From the IMG/VR virus record IMGVR_UViG_3300025030_000016, positions 1-62,233 of that record: a DNA stretch of 62,233 bases, one strand, 5' to 3'. Position 1 is the first letter of the stretch, and every line of letters starts with the position of its first letter. This document shows, piece by piece, positions 19,119-27,297 of this stretch. The translations under genes were made by a program, and so were the position numbers. Under the pieces are notes generated by a model. The model saw nothing but the letters and a program-made list of their open reading frames with translations. It was not told where the DNA came from and did no database searches. This stretch comes from a virus (lineage: Duplodnaviria; Caudoviricetes).

Positions 19119-20893
19119 GGATACCTCGCGGAAAGCCGCTCGATCTCGGTCTTTGGATCAGGGTGCTGAACTGTTGCGATAAAGGGGATATTGCCCGCAA
19201 AATGGTTAGCGTTGTTCATTGCCCCGATCTGGTAACTTGCCGGTATCACGGCATCCAACAGGCTCGTTGCGTCGGTCGTTTCCGCCCATGCCGACCATTC
19301 GCCGCCATCCTCCTTAACCCTGATACCCATGCCCGCAGCCGACTGGTACGCTTGAAACTCGAACGCGGTTCCCGACGCGTGAGTATATGTGGCAACCGGC
19401 CCTGCAAACGCTCCCGCCACCACCTTGTAAAACCGCACCTGGGTAGCGTTCATGTAAACTTCCAGAAGGTTGCTTGCGTCCGAACGGGCCGACCAGAGGT
19501 TAACGGTTGCCTGCCCCGTTGCGGAAGGGACGCAGCGACCCCACACGGCGAAATTGTTGGGCCGGAGAACGTTTGCAGTGGAGCGGGTGTAATTGGTGGA
19601 TGCTGCCGCGCTGTTCTTGTATCCAAGATACGCGGCTGCGTATTTGAAAATATTTCCTTTTCGCGTCCGAAGTGCCAGGGCATCCCATATAGGCACGGCA
19701 GTGGGCGCTAATGCCATTGCTGCTGCTTCTGCGATATAAATGTTCCCTAGCTGGTTGGGGTGTATCCCATCGCCGGAACTGTAGGCCGTCCTGAGGTTGA
19801 TGCCGTCCCGTAATGCATCGTAAATGTTGACCAGCGGTATGTTCTGGGACGCGCTATACGTTACAAGCCACTCGTTATATTCCTCAATCCATAACTGCCT
19901 TGTCGCCGTCCACGATGCGTGGTCACCTATCGGCGGAAGATTGAACAGAACCACAGCTATTCCGTTGGATTGGGCGGAATCCACCATTTCCTGCAGTTTC
20001 GTCTGCATGGTCGCAACCGGCGACGATGACGCGCCGAGAATGTCATTTATCCCTCCTTCGATGACTACCGATGATGGCGTATTGTCCAGTACATCGGCCT
20101 GCCATCTCAGCGCCATAGCGGATAGCGTGTTTCCGCCGACTCCCTTATCCAAGATGGAGACTCCCCATATACGGTCTAAGGCACTAGGTATCCAACTGTC
20201 ATCTCGCGCCCCGCCTGTAAGAGAGTCGCCTATTGCCACGCAATCCGTAAACACCCCGCCGTCAGCGTGAGGATATACGCTCATTGATGCGCTTGATGTT
20301 GTCCCTATTGACTCCATTAAAGCCCTGGTTGCGTTGGAGATGAGCACGGCGCGATGCACATTTACCGTTACGGGGTAAGCCCCGCCCCCATTACCGCCGA
20401 TGCGGACCCTTACGCTTGTGGTCCCAACTGGGGGGGTCCATGTCACGCTGTACCACGTAGGGTTCGCAGCAAGTGCAATATTGACCTTGCTGCTGGTGAA
20501 CCCTGGCAGTTCCATCATCGTAATGGCTGTGCGATCCCCTTCCGTGCCTGACATCTGGACAAAGAATATGTGCTGCGTGGTCGGCGCATCGCTCACTACT
20601 GTGTTTTGCATGAACGATGTGATGTCGCCTATGGTGAGCGATGCCCCCTCATTTTTGACAGCGGCACCGGAAAGCGTCCATGCTGCGTTGCTGATATCGT
20701 CCGAATAGGTCAATAGGTTCTTCACCATCCGCGAGCCCTGCACGGGTAGCACGTTGGCCGGAACGCTGCGGCTAGCCTCGATATAGTCATCCACGGCCTG
20801 CGCAGAACCGGAATAAGTGCCATCAGTGTTGAAACCGTTGAAGAGGTCGGTAACGGTGGCCCTGGCCCTCTGTCTCCCCCCGAAGCCCAGCAT
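19115..20893 (-). CDS. Tail-associated SGNH/GDSL hydrolase (putative deacetylase) flanked by CBM/LamG-like domains
   Basis: GDSLTG, GVGGN, GGIND, DGIHPN blocks; KNLLTYSDD...W CBM-type start. Confidence 0.85.
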   Translation of the reverse strand: MLGFGGRQRARATVTDLFNGFNTDGTYSGSAQAVDDYIEASRSVPANVLPVQGSRMVKNLLTYSDDISNAAWTLSGAAVKNEGASLTIGDITSFMQNTVVSDAPTTQHIFFVQMSGTEGDRTAITMMELPGFTSSKVNIALAANPTWYSVTWTPPVGTTSVRVRIGGNGGGAYPVTVNVHRAVLISNATRALMESIGTTSSASMSVYPHADGGVFTDCVAIGDSLTGGARDDSWIPSALDRIWGVSILDKGVGGNTLSAMALRWQADVLDNTPSSVVIEGGINDILGASSSPVATMQTKLQEMVDSAQSNGIAVVLFNLPPIGDHASWTATRQLWIEEYNEWLVTYSASQNIPLVNIYDALRDGINLRTAYSSGDGIHPNQLGNIYIAEAAAMALAPTAVPIWDALALRTRKGNIFKYAAAYLGYKNSAAASTNYTRSTANVLRPNNFAVWGRCVPSATGQATVNLWSARSDASNLLEVYMNATQVRFYKVVAGAFAGPVATYTHASGTAFEFQAYQSAAGMGIRVKEDGGEWSAWAETTDATSLLDAVIPASYQIGAMNNANHFAGNIPFIATVQHPDPKTEIERLSARYP

Positions 20894-21201
20894 TACACCA
20901 TCTCCACGATTCTAAGCGTGTCGGCCCCGGCCGCCAGGATGCCTGCGATCTTGCTCCCGGGCGGGACCGCGATGGTTCGCGGGATGCCTGCGTAGACCGG
21001 GATGCCTGCCGCCGTGGCAACGGGGTTGTCTCCGACCGCGACGAAACAGGTGGTCTCGCAGTAGAGTTCCACGAAAGTGGTGGAGGCCCCCAAGGCTGCG
21101 GACTGGGCCGAGACTGCGCTCACCGCGACCGCCTGGTGCGCCGCTGCTGGCTGGAGGAGTTGCAGGATTTGACCGTTCAGGTCTCGGACAAGATTTGACA
21201 T
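20893..21201 (-). CDS. Small structural protein
   Basis: Ala/Val-rich beta protein (VAVGDNPVAT); RBS AGGAG. Confidence 0.65.
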   Translation of the reverse strand: MSNLVRDLNGQILQLLQPAAAHQAVAVSAVSAQSAALGASTTFVELYCETTCFVAVGDNPVATAAGIPVYAGIPRTIAVPPGSKIAGILAAGADTLRIVEMV

Positions 21202-21223
21202 TTTACACTCTCCTATTTCGGGT

Positions 21224-21658
21224 TCAGCCTGCGAACTCTCTCCAGAGGCTCAGAAGGCGGGTCAGGAAGCCCATCTTGTCGATCAGCCAGAGCAGGAAGA
21301 AACTGCCGGCGAGCGCGGGGGTGACCAGCTGCAGCTTGACGTCGGTCCAGAATTTCTTCTTCTCCTCCACGACCGCCTCGGCCCCCTCTTCCTTCGCCAC
21401 CTTTTTCTCCAGCTCGGCCACTTTCAACTCGACCCGCTCCAGCCGGTCCTGATCGTTCACGCGATGAAACACCTCGCGCAGGTCCAGGTCATGCTTATCC
21501 AACCGTTTCTCATGCTGCGCCACGATCGCCCCCTGCTCTGCTATATGCTCCAGAGCCACTGCGGTCCTCTCGCCATGCGCGTCAAGACGGCGCAGGGTCT
21601 CTTTTATCTGCTCGAAGGTCTGGGTCTGCGAACATTCCGCAAGGGAGGTGTGGGTCAT
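21224..21658 (-). CDS. Coiled-coil protein with C-terminal TM helix, putative holin-like
   Basis: RBS GGAGG before ATG 21658; XhlA-like architecture. Confidence 0.5.
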   Translation of the reverse strand: MTHTSLAECSQTQTFEQIKETLRRLDAHGERTAVALEHIAEQGAIVAQHEKRLDKHDLDLREVFHRVNDQDRLERVELKVAELEKKVAKEEGAEAVVEEKKKFWTDVKLQLVTPALAGSFFLLWLIDKMGFLTRLLSLWREFAG

Positions 21659-21680
21659 GGGCGGAGCCTCCGGCATTGAA

Positions 21681-22142
21681 TTACAGATTGATTTGTGCAG
21701 GCGCTTTCTGGCGCATGAGATGTTGGCGGTTCGCCTCTGTGGAGCACGCTCTGTGGTGATGCACCGATGGTTTCTTCTTGTATATGTACATATTCTCAGG
21801 GGCATCCCACTTCCCGCAGTAAGGGCATTTAAGCCAATCCTCGTGTCCGCACGCTTTTAGCGCTCGCAGCCTTACATGTATCTGTTTGTGTTCGCTCTCG
21901 TTCTCGCAAACAAGTAAATTCTCAGGAGCGTTGTTCTGGCGGTTCTCATCTATGTGATGGACTACTGCTCCGGGCGGCAGGTATGCCCCTAGCTGTCGCT
22001 CCGCCACCAGAATGTGCTCCATCACTCGCCCGTTTTTGTTGGCTCGGGGGTGTTCAGGCGCTTTAATCATGATGTAGCCGTAAGAGGTTAGGTTGCGCCC
22101 TCCTGCCCACCTGGGATTTTTGTCGCCTGTCCACCGCCCCAT
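21681..22142 (-). CDS. HNH endonuclease
   Basis: VMEHILV...VVHHIDENRQNNAPENL...H. Confidence 0.85.
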   Translation of the reverse strand: MGRWTGDKNPRWAGGRNLTSYGYIMIKAPEHPRANKNGRVMEHILVAERQLGAYLPPGAVVHHIDENRQNNAPENLLVCENESEHKQIHVRLRALKACGHEDWLKCPYCGKWDAPENMYIYKKKPSVHHHRACSTEANRQHLMRQKAPAQINL

Positions 22143-22152
22143 TTAAAGTCTC

Positions 22153-22692
22153 CTATAGGTTGATATTTATCTGCACCGCGACAGCGGAGGATTGGGTTCC
22201 GGCCGCTGCGACCGTCGGCTCAAGGCCGCCCATCTTGGTCAGGTACTTGAAGACATCCACCTTGGTGTTCAGCCCCACCTGAGGGTTCTGCAACTCCAGA
22301 TAGAGATTGTCCAGGAAGTCCTCGGCGATCCCTTTGCACTTTAATTTAAAGGTATGGCCCTGCTCGCGCACGTCGCGCTGCGCCTCGGCCAGAGCTTTCC
22401 TGAAGGCCGGCAGCGGTTTCAGGAGCTCGAATCTTTCGGGGGTGATGTTGAAGCGGTCCAGGATGGAGGGTATGTCTTCCACCTCAAGGGCCAGCGCCAC
22501 AGGGAACTGGGCGGGCCACTCGGAGAGGTGCTTCTTGGTCAGGGGTTCGTCTTCGTCGTGATAGTCGCGGAAGGTGGCAGGGAGAAACACCTCCGAGCCG
22601 GGTGGGAGATCCTCCAGCAGAGGGTCCACGGGCGCAGGGGTAGGGTCGTCAAGTAGATCGCCCAAACCCCATGTCTCGACAGTAGTTTCCAT
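22153..22692 (-). CDS. terS: Putative terminase small subunit
   Basis: Helical 179 aa ending in VQININL; lies at the head of the late structural operon. Confidence 0.5.
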   Translation of the reverse strand: METTVETWGLGDLLDDPTPAPVDPLLEDLPPGSEVFLPATFRDYHDEDEPLTKKHLSEWPAQFPVALALEVEDIPSILDRFNITPERFELLKPLPAFRKALAEAQRDVREQGHTFKLKCKGIAEDFLDNLYLELQNPQVGLNTKVDVFKYLTKMGGLEPTVAAAGTQSSAVAVQININL

Positions 22693-22770
22693 GGTGCGGC
22701 ATTCTGAGGTACTGTTTTGGAAAAGTCAAGTGATTTTACTCAGATCTGAGTACTTTTCTTACTCAGTTCC

Positions 22771-23724
22771 TCAATTGAAAAACGGCACCCATTCGGACTT
22801 CAATCTCTCGATGCCTCCCTCAGGCGCAGGAAACACTTCGATGATCCAGAAACCGCAGTGGGCCGCCAGTTTCTTCCCCCTCATCCAGCCGGTCTGGCCG
22901 CAGAGCGTGCCGCACTCAAAGACCATGACGTTGCGGCACTCGTGCATGATCGCTTTGTGGGCGTGGCCCGAGAGCAGGATGTGCGGCTTCTCCCCGCCGG
23001 TCAGGCCCTCCACGAACTTCTGGGTCCGGTAGCTGGTCGCGTAACTGGACCCGTCGCCGCCGTGCCAGAGCTTGATGGTGACCCCGTTGATGGTGACATC
23101 CGCCTCGTCCTGCCCCAGGTGCTTGTAGTTGGGGAGTTTCGCCGCAAGCTCCGCCCCGACGTCCACCCCCACCGACTTGTAAGCCCAGCCGTCATGGTTC
23201 CCGGTGATCGCCTCCACCGGGCAGGGAAGCATAGAGAGCCTACGCACTGCGAGGTCGATCTGTGCCGTGACTCCCACGGCGTCCAGCTCGTAGACATGCC
23301 CGGGTCTCCCGCTCATCCCCTCGGTGATGTCGCCCGGGAGCAGCACCAGCTGGCACCCTTCGCGCCTGATCAGGTCGCACGCTCTCAGCCACCACTCCTC
23401 GTGTGACTTGACGTGTCCGAAATGGGTGTCGGAGATGGTGGCGAACTTGAAGCTCTGGCCGTTCCAGACATGCTGCGATTTTGGACGGGACTGCGGGGTG
23501 GATTTGACAGACTGCAGGATGACTGCCAGTTCTTTCTCGGTGATGCCGGCCGCTTTGATCTGGGCTTCCAGGGGAGAAACGGCGGGAGTCGGAGGAGATG
23601 TTTCGGGGTGCTTCATGCTCTGCAGGAAGGTCTGGGCCTTGTACTGAGTGCAGCCTGCCAGCCTCGCCAATGTGTGTCTGCCTCGGGTCGGGTCTTCCAG
23701 ATACAGCTCTTCCAGTGTCGGCAT
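22771..23724 (-). CDS. Calcineurin-like metallophosphoesterase
   Basis: DTH, GD, GNHD, HG, GHAH motifs. Confidence 0.9.
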   Translation of the reverse strand: MPTLEELYLEDPTRGRHTLARLAGCTQYKAQTFLQSMKHPETSPPTPAVSPLEAQIKAAGITEKELAVILQSVKSTPQSRPKSQHVWNGQSFKFATISDTHFGHVKSHEEWWLRACDLIRREGCQLVLLPGDITEGMSGRPGHVYELDAVGVTAQIDLAVRRLSMLPCPVEAITGNHDGWAYKSVGVDVGAELAAKLPNYKHLGQDEADVTINGVTIKLWHGGDGSSYATSYRTQKFVEGLTGGEKPHILLSGHAHKAIMHECRNVMVFECGTLCGQTGWMRGKKLAAHCGFWIIEVFPAPEGGIERLKSEWVPFFN

Positions 23725-23752
23725 GAGTTCCTCCGTGTTGAGGTTCTCATGA

Positions 23753-23789
23753 GCTTTAGCCTTTTAATTATTTATTGTCAAGAGATTTA
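23753..23789 (-). promoter_or_regulatory. Promoter (extended -35 family)
   Basis: TAAATCTCTTGACA-17-TAAAGC. Confidence 0.55.
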
Positions 23790-23790
23790 T

Positions 23791-23821
23791 ACAAATAAAG
23801 CCCCGCCGAAGCAGGGCTTTT
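23791..23821 (-). terminator. Intrinsic terminator, possibly bidirectional
   Basis: AAAGCCCTGC-TTCG-GCGGGGCTTTATTT. Confidence 0.8.
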
Positions 23822-23978
23822 GGGTGAAACCTTGAACGCGGAAGAGTCTGAAGGGGTGCGCAGGTTTCGGCCGACGATCCGGGTCAGGAGCCCGATGAAT
23901 GACAACCGCTTGTCCGAGGCGAGCTGAAGACCTAGACCACGCCACGTCAGGAGACCCTCGGGGCGGGACTTAGCTTCG
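23791..23978 (-). ncRNA. Candidate ~180-nt small RNA
   Basis: ORF-free, GC-rich and stem-forming; bracketed by its own promoter-like motif and a terminator. Confidence 0.45.
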
Positions 23979-23981
23979 GCT

Positions 23982-24018
23982 CATTTACCATTTCTAGTTT
24001 TGGGTGTCAAGAAGTTTA
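23982..24018 (-). promoter_or_regulatory. Promoter (extended -35 family) upstream of the ncRNA candidate
   Basis: TAAACTTCTTGACA-17-TAAATG with an extended TG; the -10 is weak. Confidence 0.5.
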
Positions 24019-24227
24019 TTCGAGACTTGGTCTGCCAAGTCTCGCAGTGCCTTCGCGAGTGCTTCGGACGCCCGAGGGTCTTTGTCTGCCCCCAAGTCCA
24101 CCTCCCTGATCTCCCAGGTGGTGAATCTGTGGGCGTTCTCGCACTCATGCCTGCGCCATTTGCGCTCGCCTTTGGTGCGGCTGTCGATGATTTTGGTGTT
24201 TCTGGATTTGCACTCGGGGCAGCGCAT
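23994..24227 (-). CDS. NrdR N-terminal zinc-ribbon-like protein lacking the ATP cone
   Basis: MRCPEC...TKIIDSR...RRHEC...RFTTWE. Confidence 0.75.
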   Translation of the reverse strand: MRCPECKSRNTKIIDSRTKGERKWRRHECENAHRFTTWEIREVDLGADKDPRASEALAKALRDLADQVSNKLLDTQN

Positions 24228-24228
24228 C

Positions 24229-24342
24229 TTATTTAACCGCACTCTGAATCAGCAGCACTGCCACGATGATCACTGCGGTGGTCCAGAGGCGGATGGTCGC
24301 TTGTCGGGCTTCGCGTTTCTGTCTTGAAGATTGCCAGGGCAT
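24229..24342 (-). CDS. 37-aa membrane peptide
   Basis: RBS AAGGAG; basic N-terminus plus one TM helix. Confidence 0.5.
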   Translation of the reverse strand: MPWQSSRQKREARQATIRLWTTAVIIVAVLLIQSAVK

Positions 24343-24362
24343 TTTATTCTCCTTAACCGCAC

Positions 24363-24554
24363 TCATTTTCTCCCACTTGGTAGGCTCACCCACGTGTAGA
24401 CTGCTCCCGCCAAAGCGGCGTAAACTATGGCTGCGACGAAAAGCAGGGCAATCCCCCACCACGGCATGTGGTCCATATAGAAAGATGCGCCGATTAACAA
24501 CATGCCGAGCAGGGCTGTAATCATGGCTGCGGCCAGCTTTAGAGATTCAATCAT
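24363..24554 (-). CDS. Two-TM small membrane protein
   Basis: RBS AAGGAG; two hydrophobic segments. Confidence 0.6.
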   Translation of the reverse strand: MIESLKLAAAMITALLGMLLIGASFYMDHMPWWGIALLFVAAIVYAALAGAVYTWVSLPSGRK

Positions 24555-24581
24555 TGTTGGCTCCTTATTTAGTTTCGAGGG

Positions 24582-24618
24582 AGTTTAGCGGTTACGGGGC
24601 GGGGTGTCAAGAACTTTA
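24582..24618 (-). promoter_or_regulatory. Promoter (extended -35 family)
   Basis: TAAAGTTCTTGACA-17-TAAACT. Confidence 0.7.
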
Positions 24619-24628
24619 TTTAGGAAGT

Positions 24629-25285
24629 TTACAAAGGGATCAGGTCGTCCTGCATGTATTCTCTCGCCGCTGCCAACCACTCCGCCTTACCTGCGGCTCG
24701 GTATGCTTGTCGCTCCGCCAGCGTCAACTTGGGTGGGCGAACTTTTTTTACATATTTAGGTTTGGGCGGTTTTTTAGTCCGTAATATTCGGAACCACGGG
24801 CGCGGGTCCAAGTGGCGGTTTACATGCGGTGCGTACTCCCCAAAATACATCAACTCGGCCCCACGTCGGACACTCGCGGCTTCGACCAGCGTCTTGAAAT
24901 CTCCCAAGTACAGCTGCTTCCCGTTTACAGATATTGAAGCTTTCCAGTACTTTCCGTTTCTGCTTACGCCAAGAACCCCTGACTTGTTAGTTGTGGGAAG
25001 CCTAGTTACATTCCTACTGTTCTGCTTGGCTGTACAAGGCCGCAGATTCGCGCGGGTATTATTGAGTCCGTCCCCGTCTTTGTGGTCTGTGACGCTCCAC
25101 GCTTCGTCGCCCAGTATGAACCTATGCATCTTCACGCGTACCCCTCGGACCGTACCTTCGGCGTAGTAAGCACCTGCGGCTCCGCCTGGGATGCGGCGCC
25201 AGCTGTATGCTTGCACCCTTTCAGCATCAGCTTCGTCTACCAGTGCGAAATATTTGCCCCTTGAGATCGGGATTTTTACAACCAT
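24629..25285 (-). CDS. HNH-AP2 homing endonuclease
   Basis: MHRFIL...DHKDGDGLNNTRANLR...N; AP2 GVLGVS...WKASI...YLGDF...YFGEYA. Confidence 0.9.
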   Translation of the reverse strand: MVVKIPISRGKYFALVDEADAERVQAYSWRRIPGGAAGAYYAEGTVRGVRVKMHRFILGDEAWSVTDHKDGDGLNNTRANLRPCTAKQNSRNVTRLPTTNKSGVLGVSRNGKYWKASISVNGKQLYLGDFKTLVEAASVRRGAELMYFGEYAPHVNRHLDPRPWFRILRTKKPPKPKYVKKVRPPKLTLAERQAYRAAGKAEWLAAAREYMQDDLIPL

Positions 25286-25312
25286 TTAAGATCCTCCTTT
25301 AAGGTTTTCCGC

Positions 25313-25349
25313 AGTTTACAAGCGCAGGCGGTCTATGTCAACAACTTTA
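25313..25349 (-). promoter_or_regulatory. Promoter (extended -35 family)
   Basis: TAAAGTTGTTGACA-17-TAAACT. Confidence 0.7.
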
Positions 25350-25559
25350 TATATTTTCAGGAAAATTTTAGCCGTATAATTCTAAGGTAATGTAGAGGGT
25401 CCGGGGGCCGTTGACTTTATCCCCCCAACGGGGGGTGAGCCTTTTCGCCGCGAAGCGGCTACTCATAAGCCTTCGGCGCGACAGCGCCTGTTACTTACGG
25501 CGAGCCGTTAACCGCGAAGCGGTCGCGGCAAAATCGTTTCGTGCGGTCTCCTGGAACCG

Positions 25560-25679
25560 CGAAGGGACGAAGGGACGAAGGGACGAAGGGACGAAGGGAC
25601 GAAGGGACGAAGGGACGAAGGGACGAAGGGACGAAGGGACGAAGGGACGAAGGGACGAAGGGACGAAGGGACGAAGGGA
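25560..25679. repeat. Perfect octamer tandem repeat (CGAAGGGA)x15
   Basis: Read directly; intergenic. Confidence 0.95.
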
Positions 25680-25688
25680 AGCGGACGC

Positions 25689-25717
25689 AAAAAAGCCCGG
25701 GCTGGTAGCTCCCGGGC
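25689..25717 (-). terminator. Terminator of the early minus-strand cluster
   Basis: GCCCGGG/CCCGGGC stem followed by T6 on the minus strand. Confidence 0.75.
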
Positions 25718-25743
25718 GGCTTTGTCGCTTCGCTTGTGGCGCG

Positions 25744-26091
25744 CTATGCGCCGTAAATCATGCCGTCATCGCCTATGTAAAGATTCACCTCTCCGAATTC
25801 CTTGCTCAAGGCCGTGAGCTGGGACGCCTCGGGCTCTTGCCAGTCACCATCCCAGAATCCGGCGCCGTGTCCGTTGCGCGTCAGCCAGAAATCATGAGCA
25901 GCGCGGCTCTCCTCGGCGATGGAGTAGAGGCCGTCCGCTTTGGCCTTGAACAGTTCGCAGTCGGTCCGCATGGCGTCAAGCGTCTCCGGCGCTATGTCCT
26001 CAAAGCTGTAGTTGTCATCCAGCGGCCGGCCTTCATCGTCGGTGCTGCTCCACAATGCGCAAATGATGTAATGCTGCAGGAAGTTGTCCAT
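25744..26091 (-). CDS. Acidic early hypothetical protein
   Basis: RBS AAGGAG; HDFWLTRNGHGAGFWD motif. Confidence 0.8.
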   Translation of the reverse strand: MDNFLQHYIICALWSSTDDEGRPLDDNYSFEDIAPETLDAMRTDCELFKAKADGLYSIAEESRAAHDFWLTRNGHGAGFWDGDWQEPEASQLTALSKEFGEVNLYIGDDGMIYGA

Positions 26092-26103
26092 TTCAATCTC
26101 CTT

Positions 26104-26454
26104 TTACTGGTAATCGTTCATGTGCCGCTCTACGATGTCTCCCCAGCTGGTAATTGCTATCGTGCCGCGGCTGTGGTTGTAGCAGATAGTAGGCGCGTAG
26201 GCGTCGCCGGTGTTCAGGTAGCTGGTACGTACATTCTGCCTGCTCACAATACTTTCAACTCCGTAACAGCATAGCAGCGCGTTAAGTCTCTCCAGCGTGC
26301 GCAGTACGTCAATCTCTTTCGGGTGCCAGTAATTTGAGATACGCCTCAAATCTTCGAGCTCTTCCCGGACCTGCTTGGCTAGTATCTTCGGGTCTCCTGC
26401 CCGGCTTAACCAGGTGAGGCGGGTCTCAATGGTTTTGGCTGTCGGGATATTCAT
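26104..26454 (-). CDS. Early hypothetical protein
   Basis: RBS AAGGAG; GVE...YLNTGDAYAPTI...SWGDIVE. Confidence 0.75.
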   Translation of the reverse strand: MNIPTAKTIETRLTWLSRAGDPKILAKQVREELEDLRRISNYWHPKEIDVLRTLERLNALLCCYGVESIVSRQNVRTSYLNTGDAYAPTICYNHSRGTIAITSWGDIVERHMNDYQ

Positions 26455-26520
26455 TTCAATCTCCTTATATCACATGCCTCTGAATATAGATGCCTACGAT
26501 GATGAGGGAAAATAGTATAA

Positions 26521-26718
26521 TCATGGGGTGAGCTCCCTCGCTGCCGCTCGGACCCTGTTCGCGGTCCTGGTGAGGCGCGCGGCCTTCGCTTCGAGCTCCT
26601 CGGCGTAATATGCGAGCTCTGCAGGTTCGCCCCGCTCCGTCCTGATTGACATGCTGCCGTGCTCGTCCTGAATCTCGATGTAATGGCCGGCGGCCGATAC
26701 TTGGCTTGTCACTTTCAT
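26521..26718 (-). CDS. Early hypothetical protein
   Basis: RBS GGAGGGGAG. Confidence 0.6.
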   Translation of the reverse strand: MKVTSQVSAAGHYIEIQDEHGSMSIRTERGEPAELAYYAEELEAKAARLTRTANRVRAAARELTP

Positions 26719-26797
26719 CTCTCCCCTCCCCTTTTAAATACGTTGTTCAACCTGGTGACGATCCTGTGCAGCTCCTGGGAGTGCCGGTTTTCAGGTT

Positions 26798-27202
26798 TCA
26801 TGTCGTGGGCTCCTTCGGAATCAGCCGGCGCAAACAAAAAATGTTACTGCTTGGATAGTACGTCGTGTCTTTGAACCAACCATTATAGCTGTTCATGCTG
26901 TTAATTATGTTGGCGTGGTCCTTAGGCCATTTCTCGGCCTGTTCAAGCTCCTGTTCTCTGCTGCTGTCGATGTAGCTGAAAAACCCGTCCGGCATCTCTT
27001 TAATCGCTTCGATCACGTCGGCGGTCTCTATGGTGGCGAAGTCAACACAGTAATCCGGTTTTGATTCGCCGTAGTTGCTGCATAATACGGTTTTCCCGGT
27101 TTCGGGGTTCCGGATGATGCCGTACTCAAAAAGCGATATATCCAAGCTGTAATCAACTCGATCTGTGAAGTGCTTGTTTAGGTAGGCTCTTAGTTTTCCC
27201 AT
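26798..27202 (-). CDS. Early hypothetical protein
   Basis: RBS AGGGAG; fits the operon. Confidence 0.65.
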   Translation of the reverse strand: MGKLRAYLNKHFTDRVDYSLDISLFEYGIIRNPETGKTVLCSNYGESKPDYCVDFATIETADVIEAIKEMPDGFFSYIDSSREQELEQAEKWPKDHANIINSMNSYNGWFKDTTYYPSSNIFCLRRLIPKEPTT

Positions 27203-27297
27203 CTTATTTCTCCCTTATGATCCCGGTCAGTTTGATCTTGACGGTCTCTCCGTTAATCCGCTTGTGAATGGCGATGAGGCGCGGTTTTTTCATGTGG

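Noticed and set aside
18694-19200. N-terminal extensions in the ORF track (17287..19200, 51657..58385, 41982, 46712)
   Set aside because: They overlap upstream genes or promoters; better RBS-supported starts lie at 18693, 58175, 42051 and 46742
23945-23960. Cobalamin riboswitch (GTCAGGAGACC resembles the B12 box) or hammerhead (CTGAAGA at ~23924)
   Set aside because: The other conserved core elements are absent, and it is on the strand opposite the promoter
25560-25679. CRISPR array, or the 287-aa ORF 25411..26274 containing GTKGRRDE repeats
   Set aside because: No spacers; the ORF is a by-product of the octamer repeat and lies antisense to real genes
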